A program made the position numbers and the translations under genes. A stretch of 63,415 nucleotides of DNA, filler included, from a bacterium (GTDB lineage: Bacteria > JBDRGX01), in NCBI GenBank assembly GCA_043817485.1. It is 7 parts of 7 records of this genome, joined end to end, with 100 filler letters (N's around TTAATTAATTAA, not from the genome) between each part and the next. Parts side by side here need not be neighbours in the genome. Positions count along the whole stretch, not along the records: positions 1 to 14,723 come from JBDRGX010000097.1; positions 14,824 to 18,741 come from JBDRGX010000098.1; positions 18,842 to 40,067 come from JBDRGX010000099.1; 4 more parts are not named here. One strand, written 5' to 3'. This document shows, piece by piece, positions 9,903 to 19,935 of this stretch. The notes under the pieces are model-generated. The model worked only from the letters and a program-made list of their open reading frames with translations, did not search any database and had not been told where the DNA came from. Numbering within the stretch: position 1 is the first letter of the stretch; each line of letters opens with the position of its first letter.

Positions 9903-10739
9903 TTAAAATGGTTGTAAATTATACCATTGAGAAATATATTTTTTAATTTGCTCTTCTATTACTTTATTCATTTTTTCTAAATTATATTTTATTGTTTGCT
10001 CTAAATTTTTTTTTTTTTCTATTTCTATAGATTCTAATAAAAAAGTAAGATAGGTATTATCATTTTTTCTAATAGTAAATCCTGGAATTATAACAGCACC
10101 TGTTCTTAAAGCTAAAACAATTGGACCAACTGGCATTTTAGTTTTTTTATTGAAAAATTCTACTTCTACTCCTTTTCCTTCAACATTTCTATCAACTACA
10201 ATAGCTACAATTTCGTTATTTCTAAGTTTTTCTTGAATAACATTAACAAAACCACTTGAAATAACTTTTACACCTAATTTTTGTCGATTTTTTCTATAAA
10301 ATTCATATAATTTTTTCGGATAAAGTCTTTCAACAACAACATTCATAGAAAATCCAGATTGAATAAAATTAAGTGCCCCTACATCCCAATTTCCTAAATG
10401 AGCAGTAACTAAAATAACCCCTTTGTTTTTTTGAATTGCATCTTTCAAATAATTTACATTTACTATATTACTTATTTTATTTTTTCTTTTTTTAAACCAT
10501 TCTAAGTACAAAAAATCAACATAATATTTTGAATAATTAATAAAAATATTTTTTACAATTTTTATATCAATATTTTTTTTATTTAAAACTGTTATTACAT
10601 TTTCTGTAATTATTTTTCTTTTTTTTCTACAAATCAAAAAACACAAATATCCTATTATTTCTGCTAAAAACAAACTTAATTTTCTTGGAATAATGTAAGA
10701 TAAAAAAATACCTATTTTCAATAAAAAATATAAAATCAT
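9903..10739 (-). CDS. Lysophospholipid acyltransferase (LpxL/PatA family; candidate phosphatidylinositol mannoside acyltransferase)
   Basis: AHLGNWD (HxxxxD), VDR...VEVEFF, GP..LALRTGA, QW near the C-terminus; directly downstream of ino1. Confidence 0.8.
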   Translation of the reverse strand: MILYFLLKIGIFLSYIIPRKLSLFLAEIIGYLCFLICRKKRKIITENVITVLNKKNIDIKIVKNIFINYSKYYVDFLYLEWFKKRKNKISNIVNVNYLKDAIQKNKGVILVTAHLGNWDVGALNFIQSGFSMNVVVERLYPKKLYEFYRKNRQKLGVKVISSGFVNVIQEKLRNNEIVAIVVDRNVEGKGVEVEFFNKKTKMPVGPIVLALRTGAVIIPGFTIRKNDNTYLTFLLESIEIEKKKNLEQTIKYNLEKMNKVIEEQIKKYISQWYNLQPF

Positions 10740-10742
10740 TAT

Positions 10743-11831
10743 TTATTTACATTTACAATTACAATTTTTTTCAACAATAAATTCTTCTACTAACTCTCTT
10801 GCTTTTTCATCAAAATATTGAACTGCTGGAGATTTCATAAAGTAAGCAGAAGGTCCTTCTAATGAGCCACCTATTCCTCTATCTAAAGCTAATTTACAAC
10901 ATCTAATAGCATCTATAACAACACCAGCAGAATTAGGAGAATCCCAAACTTCTAATTTTAATTCAATATTTAAAGGAACATCTCCAAAACTTTTTCCTTC
11001 TAAACGAATATATGCCCATTTTCTGTCTGTAAGCCAAGCTACATAATCACTTGGTCCAATATGAACATTATCTGAACCAATATCTGAAGAAAGCATCGAA
11101 GTAACAGCATTAGTTTTAGATATTTTTTTACTTTCCAATCTATCTCTTTCTAACATATTTTTAAAATCCATATTACCACCAACATTTAATTGATATGTTC
11201 TTTCTAATTTTACACCTCTTGCTTCATATAATGCAGTAAGTATTCTATGAGAAATAGTAGCACCTACTTGAGATTTAATATCATCACCAATTAAAGGTAA
11301 TTTTTTATCTTCAAATCTTTTTATCCATTCTTGTTTATTAGCAATAAAAACTGGAATACAATTAATAAAAGCACATCCAGCTTTAAGAACTTCTTCAGCA
11401 TAAAAAAGAGTAGCTTCTTCACTACCTACTGGTAAATAATTAATAACTACTTCTGCTCCACTTTCTTTCAAAACTTCTGCTACATTTACTTCTGGAAGAG
11501 ATGATTCTTCTACTACTTGTTTATAATACTTACCTAAACCATCTAATGTTTTTCCTCTTTGAACTTTGATACCAGTTAAAGGAACATCTGAAAATTTTAT
11601 AGTATTATTAGGAAAAGTAAATATTGCTTCAGCAATATCTTTACCTACTTTATTTTTATCAACATCAAAAGCAGCTACTACTTTAATATCAGAAAGATAA
11701 TAACCTCCTAAATTAGTATGCATAACTCCAGGAATATTATCATTTTTTTTATCTTTATAATATTCTATTCCTTGTAATAAAGAACTTGAACAATTTCCTA
11801 CGCCTATAATAGCTATTTTAATTTCTTTCAT
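10743..11831 (-). CDS. ino1: Inositol-3-phosphate synthase (myo-inositol-1-phosphate synthase)
   Basis: [50 protein letters not shown]. Confidence 0.95.
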   Translation of the reverse strand: MKEIKIAIIGVGNCSSSLLQGIEYYKDKKNDNIPGVMHTNLGGYYLSDIKVVAAFDVDKNKVGKDIAEAIFTFPNNTIKFSDVPLTGIKVQRGKTLDGLGKYYKQVVEESSLPEVNVAEVLKESGAEVVINYLPVGSEEATLFYAEEVLKAGCAFINCIPVFIANKQEWIKRFEDKKLPLIGDDIKSQVGATISHRILTALYEARGVKLERTYQLNVGGNMDFKNMLERDRLESKKISKTNAVTSMLSSDIGSDNVHIGPSDYVAWLTDRKWAYIRLEGKSFGDVPLNIELKLEVWDSPNSAGVVIDAIRCCKLALDRGIGGSLEGPSAYFMKSPAVQYFDEKARELVEEFIVEKNCNCKCK

Positions 11832-11900
11832 TATAAAAACTCCTTATTTATAATTAATTTACAAAATTTATTTTAAAAACTTAATAAATAAGCAGTTTGC

Positions 11901-12479
11901 TCACATTCTCAAAACATCTCTAATTCGTTGTATAACAGTTATAATGCCAATTAAGCATAAAATCCATAACCCTATTTCTGGTTTTTTGAAAATTAAAAAT
12001 AATCCCATAATTAACATTCTTTCAAATCGTGTTGCCCAACCACTATCACATTTAAAACCTAACCCTTCAGCTCTTGCTCTAACATAACTTACCATATAAG
12101 ATATAAGAAAGGTACAAAAAACAAGAGAAATACATAATAATCCATGTTGAGAAAAAAAATAAATCAAAAGTCCAAAAAATATAGATCCTTCTGACAATCT
12201 ATCCATTGTTGAATCAAGTAAAGCACCTTTTTTACTAACTGTATTAGTTTCTCGAGCTAATGACCCATCTAATAAATCAAACAAACCACTTACAAAAAAT
12301 AACAAACCAGCACCTAAAAAATTACCTTTTGCAATTAAAAAACCAGAAATAAGACTAAAGAAAAAACCTATAAAAGTTATTGTATTAGATTTAATACCCA
12401 TTTTAACTAATATTTTAATTACTGGTAAAAAAATTTTAAGAAAAATATTTCTTAATTTATTTCGCAAATTTGATAACAA
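11901..12479 (-). CDS. pgsA: CDP-alcohol phosphatidyltransferase (phosphatidylinositol phosphate synthase-like)
   Basis: DLLDGSLAR...GALLDSTMDR signature; SYVRARAEGLG...R.ER typical of PIP/AIP synthases; upstream of ino1. Confidence 0.85.
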   Translation of the reverse strand: MLSNLRNKLRNIFLKIFLPVIKILVKMGIKSNTITFIGFFFSLISGFLIAKGNFLGAGLLFFVSGLFDLLDGSLARETNTVSKKGALLDSTMDRLSEGSIFFGLLIYFFSQHGLLCISLVFCTFLISYMVSYVRARAEGLGFKCDSGWATRFERMLIMGLFLIFKKPEIGLWILCLIGIITVIQRIRDVLRM

Positions 12480-12653
12480 AATAATATCTCCCTATAAATT
12501 TATACAAAAAAACTAATTTAATTTTGAATTTTATACATATTTTTTTATTTAACATTTGTCAAGAAACTTTTAAAATTTTATGGTTGATGACCCCATATGA
12601 TAACCACCATTTATTAAATCATCAAAAAAATTATCCAAAATAATTGAAGATTT

Positions 12654-12681
12654 GTAAGAACAATTCATGAATTGCCACTAC
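12654..12681. repeat. Degenerate GTAG-type REP palindrome
   Basis: gtaagaacaattcatgaattgccactac with perfect core caattcatgaattg. Confidence 0.55.
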
Positions 12682-12739
12682 ACCACTATATACCTTTTCT
12701 TTTACACTTTTAAAATTTTATATTTTTAAAAAAATAAAA

Positions 12740-14167
12740 TTAATGAATTTCACTTTCTACACAATTTTTCCCATTTTTTTTAGCTAAATGAACTAAAGCA
12801 TCTGCTTTATTTAATAAACTTTCTTTCTCAATACCACTGATACCATCTTGCGGAAAAGAACTAATTCCTATACTAATAGTAATATGAAATTTAGTATCTA
12901 TTCCAAATTTATGATATTGTATAGATTCTCTAATACAATTAGCGATACTCAATCCTTCATTTATATCTGTTTCTACTAAAATAACTAAAAATTCTTCTCC
13001 TCCATATCTTGCAACAATATCTAATTTATCTATATTTATTTTTATAATTTTACCTACTTCTTTTAAAACCATATCACCTATTAAATGACCATAAACATCA
13101 TTACATTGCTTAAAATTATCTAAATCCAGATAAAGTAGACAAAATTTTAGTTTATATCTTTTGCATCGTTGAATTTCATTTTCAAATAAAATTTGAAAAT
13201 ATCTTCGATTATACAAACCTGTCAATCCATCAATTAAACTCATTTTTTCAATTTTATTATAAAAAAATGCTTTTTCAAAAGCAATAGAAATTTGTAATAT
13301 AATAATTTGCATTTTTTTTAATTGTTCTAATTTTTTACTAAAATTTAATCCCAAAATAAAAGAAACTGCTTTTTTTTTAACAAAAATAGGAATTATTAAA
13401 AAAGTTGAGGTATCTTCAACAAAATTCATAATTGTATTTTCAAGAAAATTTTCTTTATTAACAAAATAATATGTTTTAGAACTATCTGTTAAATATTTAT
13501 CTATAAAACATTTTTGATTACTTATTTTTACAAAATTATCTAAAATATCTTGATTCAAATTATATGAAATTTTCATTTCATACATATTTTTTTCTTCATT
13601 AAATATAAAAAATATAAAATTAGTAAAATTAAAAAATTTATGAATTGCATCTTTAATAAAATTCATTGTTTTATCAAAATTCAAAGTAGTATTTATGTCT
13701 TTAGTTAATTCATAAATATCTTCCATTTCTTCAAATTCTTTTTCAAAAATTTTTTTTTGCTTTATTAAATTTTTATTTTGTATTTCTAATGCTTCTTTTG
13801 CTTCTTTTTTTAATAAAAATTTTTTATCAAAAATTTTATTAAAATGTTGTTCAGGAAAAAAATATATAATTAATTGAGTAATTAACAAAATACTTATTTT
13901 GAAAAATAAATATTTATCTAAAAAAATATTATCTGATCCAATAATTGATAAAATAAAACAGTATAAAATTGAAAATATTAAAGTACTAATAAATCTTTTA
14001 AAAGAACTTGAAATATAATCTTGTAATATAAAAACAAATAAAAGAAAAGTATTGATTGACAAAAATTCCCATATCTTGTTTTGCGTAACAAAAAATGCTA
14101 TAAAAAAAATAAATAAAATTAAAAAAAGATACAATAAATTTATTTGTTTATTTTTTTTCATTTTCAC
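12740..14167 (-). CDS. Membrane-anchored diguanylate cyclase with a GAF-like domain
   Basis: N-terminal TM segments; DGLTGLYNRR, DLDNFKQCNDVYGHLIGD, RYGGEEF. Confidence 0.88.
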   Translation of the reverse strand: MKMKKNKQINLLYLFLILFIFFIAFFVTQNKIWEFLSINTFLLFVFILQDYISSSFKRFISTLIFSILYCFILSIIGSDNIFLDKYLFFKISILLITQLIIYFFPEQHFNKIFDKKFLLKKEAKEALEIQNKNLIKQKKIFEKEFEEMEDIYELTKDINTTLNFDKTMNFIKDAIHKFFNFTNFIFFIFNEEKNMYEMKISYNLNQDILDNFVKISNQKCFIDKYLTDSSKTYYFVNKENFLENTIMNFVEDTSTFLIIPIFVKKKAVSFILGLNFSKKLEQLKKMQIIILQISIAFEKAFFYNKIEKMSLIDGLTGLYNRRYFQILFENEIQRCKRYKLKFCLLYLDLDNFKQCNDVYGHLIGDMVLKEVGKIIKINIDKLDIVARYGGEEFLVILVETDINEGLSIANCIRESIQYHKFGIDTKFHITISIGISSFPQDGISGIEKESLLNKADALVHLAKKNGKNCVESEIH

Positions 14168-14723
14168 CTTTTTCTAAAATATTTTTTTCTTCAAATATGT
14201 TTATTTCATTTTTCCCAATTTTTTTTGCTATATACATTGCTTTATCTGCTTTATCAACCAATTCTTTAGCAGTAATAGCATTTTCTGGACAAGAAGCAAT
14301 TCCAATACTTACAGTAATATTTATATTGTGTTCTTCAATAATAAAAGAAGTTTTTTCAATTTGAGTACGAATTCTTTCAGCTGTAATAAAAGCACCTTCT
14401 TTAGAAGTTTCTGAAAGAATAATTGCAAATTCATCTCCTCCATATCGAGCTATTAAATCAACATTACGAATACATTTTTTAAAAATATTAGCAGATTGTA
14501 TTAAAATTTCATCTCCAATTGCATAACTATAAGTATCATTAATTTTTTTAAAATTATCTATTTCTATCATTAGTACAGTAAGAATACTATTCTTTTTTTG
14601 AATTCTTTTTATATCATAGTCTAATCTTTCATAAAAATAAAAATAAAGATAAAGTCCAGTTAATTCATCTGTAATAGCTAATGTTTGAGCTTTTTGATAT
14701 AAAATAATATTTTCTATTATTGC
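14148..14723 (-). CDS. GGDEF-domain diguanylate cyclase (5' end lost in gap)
   Basis: Frame is open back to the gap (AITDELTGLY...); RNVD I-site and RYGGDEF. Confidence 0.85.
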   Translation of the reverse strand, partial: AIIENIILYQKAQTLAITDELTGLYLYFYFYERLDYDIKRIQKKNSILTVLMIEIDNFKKINDTYSYAIGDEILIQSANIFKKCIRNVDLIARYGGDEFAIILSETSKEGAFITAERIRTQIEKTSFIIEEHNINITVSIGIASCPENAITAKELVDKADKAMYIAKKIGKNEINIFEEKNILEKGENEKK

Positions 14724-14823
14724 NNNNNNNNNNNNNNNNNNNNNNNNNNNNNNNNNNNNNNNNNNNNTTAATTAATTAANNNNNNNNNNNNNNNNNNNNN
14801 NNNNNNNNNNNNNNNNNNNNNNN
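14724..14823. other. Artificial contig linker N44-TTAATTAATTAA-N44
   Basis: Identical 100-nt design at six places; stop codons in all six frames. Confidence 0.97.
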
Positions 14824-14838
14824 TTTTTATTAAATAAT

Positions 14839-15999
14839 TTATTTTCCCATTCCTACTTTTTGAACTTTTTGAAAAAGTTTTCCTTCTTCTTTAATTGCTG
14901 GAGCAATAACAATTTCCGCTGAATGCATTTCTTTTATATTTTGAGCACCTAAATTTCCCATACAAGTTTGAAGCGCACCAACTAAATTTTGAGAACCATC
15001 ATCTAATCTTGCTGGTCCTAATAAAATTTCTTCTAAACTTCCAGTTGTTCCTACATATATTCTTGTTCCACGAGGAAGATTTTCATGTGGAGTTGCCATT
15101 CCCCAATGATACCCTTTTCCAGGAGCTTCTTTAGCTTTTGCAAAAGCAGATCCTATCATTATAGCATCAGCACCACAAGCAAAAGATTTACAAATATCTC
15201 CACCACTTGACATTCCACCATCAGTAATAATAGAAACATATTTTCCAGTTTGTCTATAAAATGTATCTCTTGCAGCTGCAGCATCGCAAGTAGCAGTTAC
15301 TTGTGGAACACCAATTCCTAATACTCCTCTTGTTGTACAAGCAGATCCAGGACCTATTCCTATTAATATTCCAGAAATGCCAGTAGCCATAAGCTCTAAA
15401 CAAGTGTTATAAGTTACACAATTTCCAACAATTATTGGAACTTTCATTTCTGAGCAAAAATTATAAAAATCAAGTGTTTTATATTCATAAGATATATGTT
15501 TTACTGTAGTAACAGTAGATTGAACTATAAAAACATCACATCCAGCTTCTTCGCTTATTTTTCCATATCGTTCGGCTTTTTGAGGAATAGAAGAAACTAT
15601 ACAAGGAACTCCTGCTTTTTTTATATTTTCTATTTTTTGTGAAATTAATTTTTCTTTTACTGGTTCTTCATAAATTTTTTGAAGTATTTCTGTCACTTTT
15701 TCAGATTTTGTATTAATTATTTTATCTATAATTTCTTCTGAATTTTCATATCGAACATAAATTCCTTCTAAATTTAAAACAGATAAACCTCCTAATTTTC
15801 CCATACAAATAGCAAAATTTTCATCTACAACTCCATCCATTGCTGAAGCTAAAATAGGAATATTAAATTTTAATTCTCTTAAATTCCAATGAATATCTGT
15901 TTCATTAGGATTTATTGTAATAGAACTTGGAACTAATGCTATTTCATCAAAACCGTAACTTCTTCTTGCTTTTCTTTCTTTTCCTATAAATAATCCCAT
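14839..15999 (-). CDS. guaB: GuaB3-family IMP dehydrogenase-related protein
   Basis: YGFDEIALVP, SAMDGVV, GIGPGSACTTR, DGGM, WGMATP; no CBS pair evident. Confidence 0.88.
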   Translation of the reverse strand: MGLFIGKERKARRSYGFDEIALVPSSITINPNETDIHWNLRELKFNIPILASAMDGVVDENFAICMGKLGGLSVLNLEGIYVRYENSEEIIDKIINTKSEKVTEILQKIYEEPVKEKLISQKIENIKKAGVPCIVSSIPQKAERYGKISEEAGCDVFIVQSTVTTVKHISYEYKTLDFYNFCSEMKVPIIVGNCVTYNTCLELMATGISGILIGIGPGSACTTRGVLGIGVPQVTATCDAAAARDTFYRQTGKYVSIITDGGMSSGGDICKSFACGADAIMIGSAFAKAKEAPGKGYHWGMATPHENLPRGTRIYVGTTGSLEEILLGPARLDDGSQNLVGALQTCMGNLGAQNIKEMHSAEIVIAPAIKEEGKLFQKVQKVGMGK

Positions 16000-16020
16000 T
16001 TTTTGTCTCCTTTATATTTT

Positions 16021-16172
16021 ATCCCAAAGTCGCATTTAAACGTTAATTGTGTTGGCTTCGTCATCGGCTTTCCAGCGTATTATTTAATACGGCTCCTTGT
16101 TTGCGTGTTCGCACAGGCAGATTTGTCACTTTCTTTGTGTGCCTTGTTATCATTTTAAATGCAACTTAGTAT
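16021..16172 (+). mobile_element. MITE-like element family D (reference copy)
   Basis: TIRs atcccaaagtcgcatttaaa / tttaaatgcaacttagtat; internal hairpins cgtattatttaatacg and tgcgtgttcgca; homologous copies at 17173, 24607, 33958 and 60450. Confidence 0.75.
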
Positions 16173-16187
16173 TAAAAATTAATTTTT

Positions 16188-17123
16188 TCACCATTCTCTT
16201 GTTTCATTTTTATCAAGTTCGTTATTAACATAAATTTCCAATCGTGTTTTTCCTTTTATTTCTACAAAAATATCAATTTTTTGAAGTGCTGTATACATTC
16301 CATTTATTATTTCTTTTTGCCCATCATCATTTGATAAAATAGCTTTAATATGTTTTTTTAATAATCCTGCTGGCGTTGTATAATTTACTACAGTACAATT
16401 ACTAAAAGAAACTTTTTTTTCTTTTTCTCCTGAAACTATGAGTTTAACCATATCACCTTTTTTAATTTTAGATCCAAATTCTGGAAAATGGTTTATTATA
16501 AAATTTTTTTTCAAAGTGTTGTTTTTTTCATAATCAATTCTTGTAATAATAATTTCCATTTTTTCAAGAATTTTTTTTGCATTATTTAAAGAATATTCTT
16601 TTAAATCTGGCATACAGTATTCTATTTTTTTTAATCCTTTGCTAACTAATAAATTTATTGAATTTGTTTTTTCTAAAGAATCTGCAGTTGGAAATTGAGC
16701 AATTACTGTATTTTCTGGAAATTTATCTGAATAAATATAAGAAATATTTTCTTCTTTAAAATTAGCTTTTTTTATTTCTATTTTTGCTAAAGAAATATTT
16801 TTATTAACACAATTTGGAATTTTAAATAATTCTTTTCCTAAACTAATAATTACATAAATACTTCTATTTTTTTTAACTAAAGCATTAGAATTAGGTTTTT
16901 GAAAAATAATAGAATTACAAAGAATATCAGAATTATATCTTTTATCTATTATTTTTAAATTCAAGTTATTTTTTTCTAATATTTCTAAAGCAGAAAGAAC
17001 ATCCATATTTTTTAGATCTGGCACTTTTACATATTTATTAGGATTATAAATTTTAATAATTAGATATAATGTTAAAAAAAATGTTAGAAAAAAAATTATA
17101 AAATATAAAAGAAATTTTTTCAT
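16188..17123 (-). CDS. PASTA-domain membrane protein (three PASTA repeats)
   Basis: N-terminal TM; repeats VPDL...SIIFQKP...ISLG, IPNC...VIAQFP...VSKG, MPDL...VSG. Confidence 0.85.
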   Translation of the reverse strand: MKKFLLYFIIFFLTFFLTLYLIIKIYNPNKYVKVPDLKNMDVLSALEILEKNNLNLKIIDKRYNSDILCNSIIFQKPNSNALVKKNRSIYVIISLGKELFKIPNCVNKNISLAKIEIKKANFKEENISYIYSDKFPENTVIAQFPTADSLEKTNSINLLVSKGLKKIEYCMPDLKEYSLNNAKKILEKMEIIITRIDYEKNNTLKKNFIINHFPEFGSKIKKGDMVKLIVSGEKEKKVSFSNCTVVNYTTPAGLLKKHIKAILSNDDGQKEIINGMYTALQKIDIFVEIKGKTRLEIYVNNELDKNETREW

Positions 17124-17172
17124 TATTTTTAATTTTTTCAGGTTGCGTTATTTATCTTTGCAATTTGCTGTA

Positions 17173-17417
17173 ATATCAAGTTACATTTAAATGCTAACTG
17201 TGTTGGCTTTGTTATCGGCTTCTTCAATATATTATTTAATACTAATTTGCAAACAAAAATATAGTAATAAATGTGAAAAATACAAATATAAAAACCAAAT
17301 ACGAAATTTGAATATCAAAATTTGAAATAAATTTCAATGATCAAAATTCAAAACAATATCTTTAAGACTAATTTGTAATTTGGAATAATATGCTTTTGTT
17401 ATCGCCTTGTTATCATT
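17173..17417 (+). mobile_element. Family D element interrupted by a reversed family E/A segment
   Basis: D left part 17173-17242; family A reversed at 17297-17356; D right part gccttgttatcatt near 17404-17417. Confidence 0.6.
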
Positions 17418-17453
17418 AATTATAAAAAAGATTTATAATTGAATTATGACAAA

Positions 17454-18503
<1,050 letters not shown>

Positions 18504-18551
18504 TTTATTTACTCCTACTATATTTTTTAAATGTTTTTAAAGAAATAATTT

Positions 18552-18741
18552 CTATGAAATAATTTCTATTTTTTCTAAATGAAAATTTTCATTACTTTCA
18601 AATATAAAAAATATGTTATATTTAGATTCTATATTTTTAAAAAATTCTTTTTCTTTTTCAAAGTATTGACACATATTAGGATTGGCTTTTATTTTAATCT
18701 CATTTTCTTTATTTTGTAAAGATATTTTTTCTATTTTTTTT
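18552..18741 (-). CDS. C-terminal fragment of a probable Rne/Rng family ribonuclease
   Basis: KKIEKISLQNKENEIKIKANPNMCQYFEKEKEFFKNIESKYNIFFIFESNENFHLEKIEIIS* resembles the RNase G C-terminus; cut by gap. Confidence 0.55.
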
Positions 18742-18841
18742 NNNNNNNNNNNNNNNNNNNNNNNNNNNNNNNNNNNNNNNNNNNNTTAATTAATTAANNN
18801 NNNNNNNNNNNNNNNNNNNNNNNNNNNNNNNNNNNNNNNNN
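18742..18841. other. Artificial contig linker
   Basis: N44-TTAATTAATTAA-N44. Confidence 0.97.
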
Positions 18842-19096
18842 ATTGAAGCAAATATAGGAATAGGAACTTCAGAAATTAAAAATTTTATTAAAAAAAATAT
18901 TTTTTTTTGCAGTATCTCTAAAATTTTATATTCTTCTTATATGGCTATAATTGAGTATGATTCTTCTGATTTTAATATTGGAATGAGAATGCTTTTAGTA
19001 CCGAGATGGAAAATAGATTTATTTATGATAAATGTACTTAATAAACCATTTTTTTCTTTTGAAAAAATAATTTTTGGAATAAATTATTATCGATGA
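18842..19096 (+). CDS. C-terminal fragment of a probable outer-membrane beta-barrel (YjbH-like)
   Basis: ...IIEYDSSDFNIGMRMLLVPRWKIDLFM...IIFGINYYR*; stop overlaps the next ATG (ATGA). Confidence 0.45.
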   Translation: MEANIGIGTSEIKNFIKKNIFFCSISKILYSSYMAIIEYDSSDFNIGMRMLLVPRWKIDLFMINVLNKPFFSFEKIIFGINYYR

Positions 19097-19932
19097 AAAA
19101 AAATAACAATCAAAATTTAAAAAAAAATGATTTTGAAAATATAGATACAATAAAATTTTATTTATCTGAAATTAAAAATATTCCTTTTTTAACTTGTTCA
19201 CAAGAAATAGAATTGTCTATGAAAATTAAAAATGGAGATAAAAAAGCAAAAAATAATTTTATTGTTTCAAATTTAAATTTGGTAATAATTATTGCTAAAA
19301 GATATTTAAAATATAATATTCCTTTGTTAGATTTAATTGAAGAGGGGAATATTGGACTTATTAAAGCAGTAGAAAAGTTTGATGCAAAAAAAGGTTATAG
19401 GTTTAATACTTTTGCAAGTTTGTTAATAAAACAAGCAATGATTAAATGTATAATAGAACAAGGGAAAATTATTAAAATTCCATTACATATTAGTACAAAA
19501 TTATTTAAATATTTTAAATTTATTCAAAATTATTTACAAGTAAAAGGACGAGAACCTTCTAAAGAAGAAATTGCTAATCAAATGAAATTAAAAGAAAAAG
19601 ATATAGAAATTATTTCTTCTCTTTTTCAATTTCCAATTTCACTTGAATCTAAAAATGATAATAATCAAGAATTTATTAATTTTGTTAAAGATGATAATTA
19701 TTCAAAATCAGATCCATTCAATAAAATAGAATTGCTTGTTGCATTAATTAATAAGCTATCTAAACAAGAACAATTTGTAATTCAACATAGATATGGATTA
19801 AATGGTTATGAAGCAAGTACATTGAGAGGAATAGGAGAAATGATGGGTTTAACTAAAGAAAGAATTCGTCAAATAGAAAATAAATCTTTGGAAAAATTAT
19901 ATATTTCTTTTCAAAAAGAAAAAGATAATTAA
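19093..19932 (+). CDS. Sigma70-family RNA polymerase sigma factor (RpoD/RpoS-like, no region 1.1, degenerate region 2.3)
   Basis: YLSEIKNIPFLT (1.2), DLIEEGNIGLIKAVEKFD (2.2), GREPS (3), TKERIRQIE (4.2). Confidence 0.9.
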   Translation: MKKNNNQNLKKNDFENIDTIKFYLSEIKNIPFLTCSQEIELSMKIKNGDKKAKNNFIVSNLNLVIIIAKRYLKYNIPLLDLIEEGNIGLIKAVEKFDAKKGYRFNTFASLLIKQAMIKCIIEQGKIIKIPLHISTKLFKYFKFIQNYLQVKGREPSKEEIANQMKLKEKDIEIISSLFQFPISLESKNDNNQEFINFVKDDNYSKSDPFNKIELLVALINKLSKQEQFVIQHRYGLNGYEASTLRGIGEMMGLTKERIRQIENKSLEKLYISFQKEKDN

Positions 19933-19935
19933 TTT

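Noticed and set aside
14768-14779. TTAATTAATTAA palindrome as a biological site
   Set aside because: Always centred within N runs; an artificial six-frame stop linker
18542-18569. 14-bp tandem duplication gaaataatttctat at the Rne/Rng-like stop codon
   Set aside because: Small local slippage duplication with no wider pattern
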